Below are positions 17,210-25,769 of a stretch of 64,000 nucleotides of DNA, in pieces. The first letter of the stretch is position 1, and every line of letters begins with the position of its first letter. The stretch is from a virus: IMG/VR virus record IMGVR_UViG_3300033485_000003, positions 38,958 through 102,957 of that record. One strand, given 5' to 3'. The notes under the pieces are model-generated. The model was not told the DNA's origin. It was given only the letters and a program-made list of their open reading frames with translations, and did no database searches. The translations under genes were made by a program, and so were the position numbers.

Positions 17210-17430
17210 AAGGTCCTCTTGATTGTAGCCTCTACGCCCTTGTACTTAAGACGCGACACGGTGATCTCATTGAGTGTTTCGTACGCATCCCACTCCACAT
17301 CAACAGCGTCCAAACTTGCGGATGCCGCATATGTCGCCGCCGCCACACGCTTGGCACCACTCTCGCTAGACGATTTCACCTCAAAGAGAATCCTGCCTGC
17401 AATTGGAATCGATACATAGTAGGTCTTCAT
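17206..17430 (-). CDS. Small protein (MKTYYV family copy 2)
   Basis: MKTYYVSIPIAGRILFEV. Confidence 0.7.
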   Translation of the reverse strand: MKTYYVSIPIAGRILFEVKSSSESGAKRVAAATYAASASLDAVDVEWDAYETLNEITVSRLKYKGVEATIKRTL

Positions 17431-17813
17431 GGCATCCTTTTGACGGTTACTTTCGTGTTCGGGTTGTATCCGCACAATGGGTCGATATCATCTTTTGGGA
17501 GCTCTTGCAAGCGTGTCCCACGATAGATCACCGTACGTGCTCGCTTAACCACCACCAACCACGACCCGCCAAACAGACTCTGTACCGCCTGGTCCAACTT
17601 GAATAGGAGTTGGGGTTTTTCGATATTCTTCTTGGGGGGCAAGGTCAAGACGAAAGTGACGGTGAATTCGTCTTGGTCGATCACCACTTTATGTTTGAGT
17701 GACTCTGGGAAAAATAGCTTAGGCCATACATTGACAGTCTTGAGCTGCCAGTCTGCGATGTGTAAGCCGGTGTTGGATAGCAGCCGCTGATGTGACACAA
17801 GTTCGTCACTCAT
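17427..17813 (-). CDS. Hypothetical protein
   Basis: ATGA-coupled ORF. Confidence 0.65.
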   Translation of the reverse strand: MSDELVSHQRLLSNTGLHIADWQLKTVNVWPKLFFPESLKHKVVIDQDEFTVTFVLTLPPKKNIEKPQLLFKLDQAVQSLFGGSWLVVVKRARTVIYRGTRLQELPKDDIDPLCGYNPNTKVTVKRMP

Positions 17814-18805
17814 AGCAACCCCGGAAGTCTCTCTTGTACCATTTTCCCCAAAACCTCATTCGATGTCCCGTACTTGGTTTGGTAACCGCCGACGAACATT
17901 TTGATAGCCGCACCGATCCCCATGGACTCTCGCACCGCCGACTTCGCCGCATTTACCGGAAAAGTCCTAACGCGACACCCGCTCCACCTCGCCCGGCGCT
18001 CTTGAATGAACTTCGCATCGCCATGGATGTCGATGATGTAACGCCAATTCGGATTGATGTCAAGTTGCAACGGACTCTCAATTCGGTCTTCGAATCGGAG
18101 GATCTTGTGGCAAAACTGTTCGGTTTTTACGGATTTGATTACTTTGGCGCCCTTAACTCCGAATTCAATTACATTTACCGACCGGTCGATGTTGGCATCT
18201 GAGGCCGTGCGCCACCTAGGGGCTCCTGGGTAAAATACGTCACAGCCGAATACGGCCAAGCCCTCAGAAACCCGGTCGAATCGGTATGGAGTGTGCATGT
18301 GGCCGATGACGAAGCTTTTGTCTTGCACGTCTTCTAGGGATGCCGCATCGGGAGCGTAAAACCCGTTGTCGTATTTTGAGCCCTGCACTGCTTGGTGGGC
18401 TACAACGCACTTCGCATCGGACTCACGTACGGAGCGCAAGAAATCTTCGTTGCTGTGAGTGTATGGCATAAACAAAACACCGTCCATCTCCGTCGGCTTA
18501 TCTACCACAGTAATGGCGTCAACGTGAGCCAACATAGAGTGGTTGGGGCTTGAACCGGCTGCCGCAAGGTCGTGGTTTCCCACCAAGGCGATTACCGGTG
18601 TTGTACAAAGTGCAGCAAACGCCTGACGCCACCACGCCATCACTTCACAATTCACGAGCTTGTGGTTGTGGTACTGATCGCCCATAAAGATGACGTTGTC
18701 GACCTCTTCGTCGACGACGATCGGCAAAATGCCGTCGATGAGGGCTTGGCAGTCATCAAGCTCGCCTTCAACGGCGTGGACGTCACCTACAACTAGAGAT
18801 CGCAC
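17810..18805 (-). CDS. sbcD: SbcD/Mre11 (gp47-like) nuclease
   Basis: GDVH, GDQY, GNHD, AHQ and GHMH motifs. Confidence 0.85.
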   Translation of the reverse strand: MRSLVVGDVHAVEGELDDCQALIDGILPIVVDEEVDNVIFMGDQYHNHKLVNCEVMAWWRQAFAALCTTPVIALVGNHDLAAAGSSPNHSMLAHVDAITVVDKPTEMDGVLFMPYTHSNEDFLRSVRESDAKCVVAHQAVQGSKYDNGFYAPDAASLEDVQDKSFVIGHMHTPYRFDRVSEGLAVFGCDVFYPGAPRWRTASDANIDRSVNVIEFGVKGAKVIKSVKTEQFCHKILRFEDRIESPLQLDINPNWRYIIDIHGDAKFIQERRARWSGCRVRTFPVNAAKSAVRESMGIGAAIKMFVGGYQTKYGTSNEVLGKMVQERLPGLL

Positions 18806-19002
18806 GGTTCCCCCTTATATAAAGACATTTCAGCGTAACGGATCTTCAACATACCGAGAGCTACAAGAGCCTGCTCTTCATCGTGTTCAGCCTTTAACGC
18901 CCGGAACACCCAACCCTCCATGGCCGTTGTGATTTTTTGCTTGAACTCGTCAAAGCGCTTTTTCTCCGCGAGAAGAGCTTCCAAGTAATTGATTTCGCTC
19001 AT
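18793..19002 (-). CDS. Small hypothetical protein
   Basis: Coupled ORF. Confidence 0.55.
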   Translation of the reverse strand: MSEINYLEALLAEKKRFDEFKQKITTAMEGWVFRALKAEHDEEQALVALGMLKIRYAEMSLYKGEPCDL

Positions 19003-19259
19003 CGCGCCTGCCCAAAGTAATTGGACACCACCTGAGTCGTGACTTTGTCCACCTCCACAACACTCGACTTAATCAAAGCGAGTAATTCCGTGGCCTTCCG
19101 ACACCAATCAGCTGGACTAGGAACGGCCGGCAAGGCCGACTGGACCAAACTATCGAACTTTTGGGCGGAGATATCACGGCGCAACGCGACGGCTTGACGG
19201 CGTGTCGCGCAATACAACTGCCGGGCGTAAGAGAGGGAGTCGTAGTTGGAGGCGTTCAT
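18999..19259 (-). CDS. Small hypothetical protein
   Basis: Coupled ORF. Confidence 0.55.
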   Translation of the reverse strand: MNASNYDSLSYARQLYCATRRQAVALRRDISAQKFDSLVQSALPAVPSPADWCRKATELLALIKSSVVEVDKVTTQVVSNYFGQAR

Positions 19260-19465
19260 CGCTTCACCTTCAAGTCGATGTCGTCGGCAAACATAGCATT
19301 ACTGATAGCCTTGAGCCGCTTCTCGGATGACTCTTTAAAATGCGCTTGCTCCAACCACTTAAGGCGCTCAATCAACTGTGCGGAGTGGGCCTTAACTTCC
19401 GTAAGCTCCTGTTCGAGGTAGTCTACCCTGTCTTCAAGGTGGTTGATTCTCGCGGTTCCCATCAC
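19256..19465 (-). CDS. Small coiled-coil protein
   Basis: Coupled ORF with a heptad pattern. Confidence 0.55.
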   Translation of the reverse strand: MMGTARINHLEDRVDYLEQELTEVKAHSAQLIERLKWLEQAHFKESSEKRLKAISNAMFADDIDLKVKR

Positions 19466-19926
19466 TTCATCTCCGCCGTTGTCGTGTAACTCCCCGATAC
19501 GCTGGTAATACCGTCACTATCGACAAGAATCGCGGTGGGAATCAAAGTCATGCCGCTCCCGGACGTTCGGAGGACCTGATGGGTGCTGCCAGGCGTGCAC
19601 GTCACATACGGCTCCTCCACGAGCTGGATCATCGTCTTTGGCACCAAAATAAAAGTCTTGTCGCCAACCGTGAAGACGTCCTTAGCCCATTGCTGGGTAT
19701 ACAAATCCCCACGCACCCACACCTTAACCCCTGGAATGAATTGCTTACAGCCATCTCCGGATGCTAGGAAAACCACCTCGAGCTGCTGTAGTTCAAGGGT
19801 GTTGGAAATCAGCACCATGCCGCCGACGCGCTTCTTCTCGACGTGTCGAGTTGGGAACGGCGTGCAAGCCACAAGGCCATTGACGGTGGAAACCGATGAC
19901 GTTTCATTGGTAGAGCTGGTGGTCAT
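19462..19926 (-). CDS. Divergent GroES/Cpn10-like co-chaperonin
   Basis: VEKKRVGGMVL mobile-loop-like segment, then EVV, PGVKVWV and FTVGDKTFILVPKTMIQLVE, which follows the Cpn10 pattern. Confidence 0.55.
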   Translation of the reverse strand: MTTSSTNETSSVSTVNGLVACTPFPTRHVEKKRVGGMVLISNTLELQQLEVVFLASGDGCKQFIPGVKVWVRGDLYTQQWAKDVFTVGDKTFILVPKTMIQLVEEPYVTCTPGSTHQVLRTSGSGMTLIPTAILVDSDGITSVSGSYTTTAEMK

Positions 19927-19942
19927 TTTATCTCCTTCGAAT

Positions 19943-20296
19943 TTACATCAAGTTTTTATCGACTTTGGACAGAGCGTCTTTGGCATCGTCCAAGGCGTAC
20001 TCAAGTCGCGCTAGATAGCACTCACATCCAGCCGACATCCCTGCTAGTTCACTTGCAACATCCTCGGACGGCTCGATCATCCCGTCGAGCGCCTTCGCCA
20101 ATTCGACGACGAGAGCGAGTGCGGAGTCCCGCTCTTGAATTGTTTTGCGCATCGAGTTCCACAGCGTGTGACTGCGGATCTCGTCCGGCACCATCACATC
20201 TTCCCCCGCAGCAAAATCGACGTACCGAAGTCCCTCTGTCGCTCCGACCACATCCGCTAGCTGCTTGAGAGCCTGCTCGGTTTTACAGTTGTTCAC
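19943..20296 (-). CDS. Hypothetical protein
   Basis: Coupled to the sigma gene. Confidence 0.6.
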   Translation of the reverse strand: MNNCKTEQALKQLADVVGATEGLRYVDFAAGEDVMVPDEIRSHTLWNSMRKTIQERDSALALVVELAKALDGMIEPSEDVASELAGMSAGCECYLARLEYALDDAKDALSKVDKNLM

Positions 20297-21354
20297 AATG
20301 AGATCCCTTTCAGACGAAGTAGCTTCTGCTCTACCACGGAAAGATCCTTAAGTCCAGCTTGGAGACTTACTAGAGCTTGAGTCCTCTCGACGATGACGTC
20401 CGGCCGATGTTCTTCATCATCCTCATAGCACTCGAGAGTGGTATCTCCGGTCTCTTGGTCGACAGCACAGTCTCCGGAAACATGGCTGGCTGCCGCAAGA
20501 AGACCTTGGATTTCCGGGACTGTTACATGGTTCTTTTCGGGGATGTTTTCGTTGACCGCGGCGACGATCAAGTCCATGTCGGTGTTCTTGTCGAGGAACC
20601 GGGAGGCTTTGTGAGCGCGATACACACGTCGTGCGTCAACAGGCCAGAGATGCAACAGTGTGGAATTGTAGGCCTCTATCCTATCTCCACACATACGCCC
20701 GAGGATTACATCTCGGAATACCTTGAAGGTTTTAAGTTCTTCCTCGTCCGTCATGTTTTCTGTGAGGAGCGGGTCAAATTTGTCGATCCCCTCCTGCAAT
20801 CCGATAGCGTGCGTCTGAATCAAATCCAAAAACGACATGTGGGAGCGTGGAGTTTGGTTCCAGAACGTCCGGCAATAACTGATGGCTAACGGCAGGTTCA
20901 TTTCCATGATTTCCGTGCGAATTCGCTCGATTTCACGGATCGACGCACGGATCTCTGGGTTCAAAGTGTCGCCAGCGGTATCTTTGCACCATCTAAAGTA
21001 GCGGTAATTGAACTTGAACTTGTGCAGCGCTGCACCATCGCGCGCCTTGAGTGCCGGTGAGATCTCGGCAGTGAACTTCGTTTGACGTTCACGGAAATAC
21101 GGCCTGCTCGAAAGGAGGTTCCGCTTGGTATCGCAAATGTACTGGATGAACGAGACGTACACCGACGCCCCATACACCTCAAACAGTTGGCCTTGCGCTT
21201 TACGCTCAGCCGCGATAAGAGCCTTGAGCTGTCGACGTTGAGTGTGCAACCGATCAACGTCAGTCATTTTGCCGTATCGACCGATAGCGGCTGTAAGGGA
21301 TTTTGCGAAGTTCTTAAAGAAGACATCGCTGTTGTCATATCCGCCGATACTCAT
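20293..21354 (-). CDS. Sigma-70-family RNA polymerase sigma factor lacking region 4.2
   Basis: r2.1 IMEMNLPLAISY, r2.2 FLDLIQ...IGLQEGIDKFDP and r3 VSGDCAVDQETGDT. It ends at LSVVEQKLLRLKGISL, before the HTH. Confidence 0.8.
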   Translation of the reverse strand: MSIGGYDNSDVFFKNFAKSLTAAIGRYGKMTDVDRLHTQRRQLKALIAAERKAQGQLFEVYGASVYVSFIQYICDTKRNLLSSRPYFRERQTKFTAEISPALKARDGAALHKFKFNYRYFRWCKDTAGDTLNPEIRASIREIERIRTEIMEMNLPLAISYCRTFWNQTPRSHMSFLDLIQTHAIGLQEGIDKFDPLLTENMTDEEELKTFKVFRDVILGRMCGDRIEAYNSTLLHLWPVDARRVYRAHKASRFLDKNTDMDLIVAAVNENIPEKNHVTVPEIQGLLAAASHVSGDCAVDQETGDTTLECYEDDEEHRPDVIVERTQALVSLQAGLKDLSVVEQKLLRLKGISL

Positions 21355-21466
21355 GGGGTTCTCGATTCTCTGTTTGCTACGTTATATCCCCATTATACAC
21401 CAGTCGAGAATCTTCTTGACGGTACCTCTCTTTGTTGGCTTCGTCAAGTCCAAAATACCTTCACTT

Positions 21467-21892
21467 CTACATCCTTGAAGGCGTTTTGTCCATTACCGCC
21501 TTGAATTCCTGCAAAGTCATACCTTGATACTCGCCAACGAGAAGGTACAGTCTTGTAGCCGGCGAGGTGTTTGGATTTGACCGAACGTAATCTCTGACCT
21601 TCTTCACTTTGTCTACAGCCAATACATCTAGTATGAATTCTGGTGCGTGAATGTTGACCGCCACGGAAGCACGAACATGGAAGTTTTTGCAGGAAGCTAA
21701 CGTCGTCATAACCCAGATGTCGGTTGTCATCTCTCCTTGTACAACCTTATCTAAATAGTCTTTAGCTATAGCAACCTCGATGCTATTCGGTGGAGTGTTA
21801 GGACGACCGAACATCACATCGTCACGAAGCACCTTCGGTAATTCATCTGCGGTTACATCGACAGCTAGGGGATTGTCCGGACATTCTCTCAT
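21467..21892 (-). CDS. HEAT/LRV-repeat protein with conserved C-terminal tag
   Basis: VRASVAVN...NPNTSPATRLYLLVGEYQGMTLQEFK. Confidence 0.75.
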   Translation of the reverse strand: MRECPDNPLAVDVTADELPKVLRDDVMFGRPNTPPNSIEVAIAKDYLDKVVQGEMTTDIWVMTTLASCKNFHVRASVAVNIHAPEFILDVLAVDKVKKVRDYVRSNPNTSPATRLYLLVGEYQGMTLQEFKAVMDKTPSRM

Positions 21893-22266
21893 TTGAGAGT
21901 CTCCTTGAACTCATTCAACGTCATGTTTTGGTACCCACCCATACGCATATACAACCTGGTACCCAACGCTGTGTTGGGGTTGCTCAACACGAGCTCTCGG
22001 ATGTACTTGAGTGGGTCGGCGGACAGAATATCCAAGGCTTCTTCAGGCGCGTATACGTTCGCCGCTACGGCTTCACGGATGTAGAAGTAAGGGTGTTGGG
22101 CCCATCGCACCAACTTTTTCGGATCGGTGGATTTTTCCACAGCTTCAATGGCGGAGATTTGGTCTTCTTCAAAATCCATTACCAGTGTGACTGGCACTAG
22201 CTGGTGACGGTGGAAGTAGTCGTCTCGAACAGTTTTAGGTAAATCGTCGAATATGTAGGATCTCAT
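21889..22266 (-). CDS. HEAT/LRV-repeat protein with conserved C-terminal tag
   Basis: IREAVAAN...NPNTALGTRLYMRMGGYQNMTLNEFK. Confidence 0.75.
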   Translation of the reverse strand: MRSYIFDDLPKTVRDDYFHRHQLVPVTLVMDFEEDQISAIEAVEKSTDPKKLVRWAQHPYFYIREAVAANVYAPEEALDILSADPLKYIRELVLSNPNTALGTRLYMRMGGYQNMTLNEFKETLK

Positions 22267-22270
22267 AGTT

Positions 22271-23755
22271 TCACATCCTCACCATTTTCACCGGCCCGTA
22301 AATGTCCTCAAAAATCCTCTTGCGAGCCAATGCGTGTGCGTGTACCGTGCGGATGTTTGTGACGTCAAAATCGATGATGTTGCACGACGTCTTGTTGAGG
22401 GGCTTGAAGGGGCGTGTACAACGACCTACACCTTGACGAACCTCCACTTCGGATTTACCCCCTCTGAGATAAATCATCGTTTTTACACTTTTGAAGTCAG
22501 TGCCCACACTGACGCACGATGTAGCTACGAGTATAGGGAACTCCGACGCATTGAATTGTTTAACGAGCGAGTCGTTGTCGCACTCGTGGTATTTTTCCGG
22601 GACTTTCGACTTGTTATCGGCCAACGGCCCGTGGGCGAAGCGAACTTCATGTTGGAAGTGCGGTAGAAGTTCGGAAAACTGAGAGACCTCGTCAACCAGT
22701 ATAAGTACCTGGTGTTTCGACACCGCCACACTCTGGTTAGCGATAGCCGCCGCCCTCTTAAAAACTTCTGGATTGTAAAAGAAGTGCTTGCGGGTCATCT
22801 CATTCGGATCTGAACTTTCGAACTCGACGTGAGACTGCACAGGAACCATGAAGAACACCGGCTTGGCGAGGTAACCGCCATCAACGCCTTGACGTACGGT
22901 CAGTTCGAGCACGGTATGCCCCGTCAATGAGTCCAAAAGTTTGCCAGATCCGTCCCCACGAATTTGGGTGGCCGAAAAGCTGAATCTATACGGGGCGTTT
23001 GCGACTACACCTAGTGCAACTTTCTCAAAAGTGGTCGCCGCGATTGTGTGCGACTCGTCTGTAATAAAAACCTCACACTTGGAAAGATCTTCCCATTCTT
23101 TCGTACCGACCTCAACCCGAGTCAAGGATTGCCCAGTGCCGATGACGAACAACTTGCCGGCTTCCTTCTTGCCTCCGTAGAACTTGCCAACGTACTTTTT
23201 CCCGAAATGCTTGACGAAGTCTTCATAGAGTTGCCCCGAAATGCTAGCAGAAGGCGCCATAATGACTGTCTTAAGTCCGAGTGCTTTAACCAAAAGCAAT
23301 GCGCAAAAACTTTTCCCGGTGCCGGTCGCAAGCTCCACTCGCGCATGCTTTGCTTCCAACAACCTATCTCGCGCTTCAGTTTGGTATGGGTAGGGCGTGC
23401 GGTCCGGAACGACCGCCCACGGGATTGTTTTAGGTTCTGGGTAAACCACCTTGTTAGTTACCGTGCAGCCGTATTTCGATTTTAAGGCCTCTAGCAGCCC
23501 GCTGTTGACGTAATGACGTCCGGACCCATCTCGGCTTAGGAGGCACACCTTCTGACTCGCCTGAAGCTCAGCCAGGCGGGCTGCGTAGGCTTCCGCACCA
23601 AACTTGTGGGCGAACCAGGTCGCGTGCTGTAACTTCTTGAGTTCGAAAGCCACCGAAGTGTCGGTGTAGGTAAGTTCTTCTTGAAGTGACTTCAGCTCAG
23701 ACGGCGTCGCGTCGTCGACGTACAGCTTCGTAGGGGTCTCGAGAGTGAGTTTCAT
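22271..23755 (-). CDS. SF2 DNA helicase (UvsW/XPB-like)
   Basis: PYPYQ, ATGTGKS, DESH, SAT and QGVGRCTR motifs. Confidence 0.9.
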   Translation of the reverse strand: MKLTLETPTKLYVDDATPSELKSLQEELTYTDTSVAFELKKLQHATWFAHKFGAEAYAARLAELQASQKVCLLSRDGSGRHYVNSGLLEALKSKYGCTVTNKVVYPEPKTIPWAVVPDRTPYPYQTEARDRLLEAKHARVELATGTGKSFCALLLVKALGLKTVIMAPSASISGQLYEDFVKHFGKKYVGKFYGGKKEAGKLFVIGTGQSLTRVEVGTKEWEDLSKCEVFITDESHTIAATTFEKVALGVVANAPYRFSFSATQIRGDGSGKLLDSLTGHTVLELTVRQGVDGGYLAKPVFFMVPVQSHVEFESSDPNEMTRKHFFYNPEVFKRAAAIANQSVAVSKHQVLILVDEVSQFSELLPHFQHEVRFAHGPLADNKSKVPEKYHECDNDSLVKQFNASEFPILVATSCVSVGTDFKSVKTMIYLRGGKSEVEVRQGVGRCTRPFKPLNKTSCNIIDFDVTNIRTVHAHALARKRIFEDIYGPVKMVRM

Positions 23756-24045
23756 TGCACAACCCCCACGAAATCTCCAAAAGACATACCACTGTGCTCT
23801 GAATAGGTAGCGAGCCATAGCTTGAGAGCGCTCTTGACGTCAAAACCTTGCCAATCGGGCGAGTTAAGAAGTTCGACAAACCGTCGCTCATTTTCAAATT
23901 CAAGAGACTCAACTCTGTTCAACGGCGCTTCGAACAACTCCATAAAACAGTTCCCATCACAGCACTTCGGAATGCTCTCGGCGTAAGCCGCCAGCAAATT
24001 CGCCATGTCAACAAATGTTTTGGGAGTCTCGAGAGTGATCTTCAT
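23752..24045 (-). CDS. Hypothetical protein
   Basis: MKITLETPK start with a GGAG RBS. Confidence 0.6.
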   Translation of the reverse strand: MKITLETPKTFVDMANLLAAYAESIPKCCDGNCFMELFEAPLNRVESLEFENERRFVELLNSPDWQGFDVKSALKLWLATYSEHSGMSFGDFVGVVQ

Positions 24046-24188
24046 GACTTTTTCTCCGCGCAATACCAAAAGTTGGCCCACCAATTCGATGTTGGTTTAA
24101 TCCCGTAGCACTGGTTCGTCAAGTCAACCCCTCGAACAAACCAAGGTTGGTGGCGGGTGGTCCACAGGTATTTTGCCAGTGCAATCAT
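24042..24188 (-). CDS. Small Trp-rich protein
   Basis: MIALAKYLW..., coupled at both ends. Confidence 0.45.
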   Translation of the reverse strand: MIALAKYLWTTRHQPWFVRGVDLTNQCYGIKPTSNWWANFWYCAEKKS

Positions 24189-24754
24189 AGCAATCCAAAC
24201 ACGAAGTTCTGAACCGCCAGGAGGCGATCCGTGGGGGTACCGCAAACGTCGATGACCTTGAAGGACGGCAAACTCGCGATAAGCTCTGGAATCTGCCGCT
24301 GGACGGCCTGGGATTGTTCCTGCGAGTGCACTCGGTTCGGGTCCACAGACCAAACGCGAGAGATAGGCGCAGCGAGGAAGGTCGCCGAGGTGATGCTCAG
24401 CGAACGCGCCACGTACTCTTGGACTTCAGCCGCCGTACGACGAGCAGAGCTCATGTACAAGAGCGAATTGATTGGACTTGAGTCCGAGATGACCAACACC
24501 TTTGGGCCACAACTCGTCACGAAAGTTTCATCCACCTCGAGCTGCTGACGCATGATGGCGAACTGGTCGCTATCGTCGAGGGGTGGGAATTGCTCTGGCG
24601 TTAGCGCCAGTTGAAGCTTCTTACGGGCAATATACAACCGCGCCTGCTCCCCAGAGAGCTCGCACAGGACGCCAGCCTCCTTCAGGGAAGCAAACAACAT
24701 CGCGGCGGTGGTGGTCTTACCCGAGGACGGAGAACCGATGAAGTTAATTAACAT
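24185..24754 (-). CDS. P-loop kinase/ATPase (AAA_28/NadR-like)
   Basis: INFIGSPSSGKTT, EQAR, ISDSSP and DPNRVH motifs. Confidence 0.75.
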   Translation of the reverse strand: MLINFIGSPSSGKTTTAAMLFASLKEAGVLCELSGEQARLYIARKKLQLALTPEQFPPLDDSDQFAIMRQQLEVDETFVTSCGPKVLVISDSSPINSLLYMSSARRTAAEVQEYVARSLSITSATFLAAPISRVWSVDPNRVHSQEQSQAVQRQIPELIASLPSFKVIDVCGTPTDRLLAVQNFVFGLL

Positions 24755-24987
24755 TCCACAAGTATACCACGTTTGGAAGCGGAATCCACCTGTCCGTTCG
24801 GAGGAACTTCTTTCTTGCTTTGAGGCTCTGAATGATGTATTGGATTTCTCGTGAATTCTTATTGTATTTGAGGCTCGTCTCGTTTGCTTTAAGGACCATT
24901 CAATGTCTTACATCATCTTACAGTACGTCGGTCGGACGTCGTCGGCTTTTCTGCGACGACGAAGTCGGCTCCGCTGAACCTTAAGGA

Positions 24988-25020
24988 TGATCCTTAAGTG
25001 ATCCTTAAATGATCCTTCGC
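24988..25020. repeat. Three 11-bp TGATCCTTAA-type direct repeats
   Basis: tgatccttaag tgatccttaaa tgatccttcgc. Confidence 0.7.
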
Positions 25021-25063
25021 TCCAATTTTCGAGCCTCTACGCCAGGTTCACAGACACTTTTCT

Positions 25064-25203
25064 TCTGCACGATCACGCAGACATTCTGCACGATCACGCA
25101 GACATTCTGCACGATCACGCAGACATTTCTGCACGATCACGCAGACATTCTCTCATCGGATCTGCACGATCACGCAGACATTTCTGCACGATCACGCAGA
25201 CAT
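25064..25203. repeat. Six 21-bp iteron-like repeats (candidate replication origin)
   Basis: TCTGCACGATCACGCAGACAT at 25064, 25085, 25106, 25128, 25161 and 25183, located at the genome strand switch. Confidence 0.85.
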
Positions 25204-25236
25204 TCTGTTTGTACAGAGCCGATTCTACAAATCGTG

Positions 25237-25265
25237 TTGCACATTAAAAGAGGATCATGTATAAT
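25237..25265 (+). promoter_or_regulatory. Strong sigma-70 promoter
   Basis: TTGCAC-17-TATAAT. Confidence 0.75.
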
Positions 25266-25271
25266 GGATTT

Positions 25272-25375
25272 GTTGTCAGTATGAATCAGAGCAGTGGCTT
25301 GGTCCGAGCACCTGTCACTTCTTTCCGGGTGTATTGGGGGAAAACCTGGTCGCTGCTCTGATTCATACTGACAAC
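25272..25375 (+). ncRNA. 104-nt hairpin RNA / structured leader
   Basis: Perfect 23-bp inverted repeat GTTGTCAGTATGAATCAGAGCAG starting at the predicted +1, extended by G-U pairs. Confidence 0.55.
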
Positions 25376-25424
25376 CTCGCGACTTTCCCTTGCGAGTTTA
25401 CAAGAAACAAGAAAGAAGAATACA

Positions 25425-25769
25425 GTGTATTTGACGACTCAAATCTTATCGAATCAAGGAGCCTTGGGCTTCCATGCTGGCTCGAGTCGAGCGGCAGCTC
25501 TTTTGTGTTACCTCTCCAATAGACAAGGGAGGGGTCCTTCTACATGGGTTAATCGAGACACCATCTGTAAGGCTCTTGGATGGAATCCATATCGCTTGAA
25601 GCAGTTCGATGAAGCGGTACAGGAACTTGTCGACCGTCAATTAATCGTAATTGAAGACAAGTTGATTCCCAACACCAAAACAGTAACAACTCACTATGAC
25701 TGTAGGCCGACATTGGGGGTTCTAAAGAGGCTCGGTGCATTGGAGTCAAAAGAGGAGAGTCAATCATGA
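25425..25769 (+). CDS. Winged-HTH protein, candidate replication initiator
   Basis: LLCYL...WVNRDTICKALGW...FDEAVQELVDRQLI...THY; next to the iterons. Confidence 0.55.
   Translation: MYLTTQILSNQGALGFHAGSSRAAALLCYLSNRQGRGPSTWVNRDTICKALGWNPYRLKQFDEAVQELVDRQLIVIEDKLIPNTKTVTTHYDCRPTLGVLKRLGALESKEESQS

Noticed and set aside
25064-25203. CRISPR array
   Set aside because: The repeats abut directly with no unique spacers (one 12-nt gap only), and there are no cas genes.
25009-25284. 91-aa ORF with CTITQTF repeats
   Set aside because: A translation by-product of the iterons; the repeat phase shifts and the ORF runs through the promoter.
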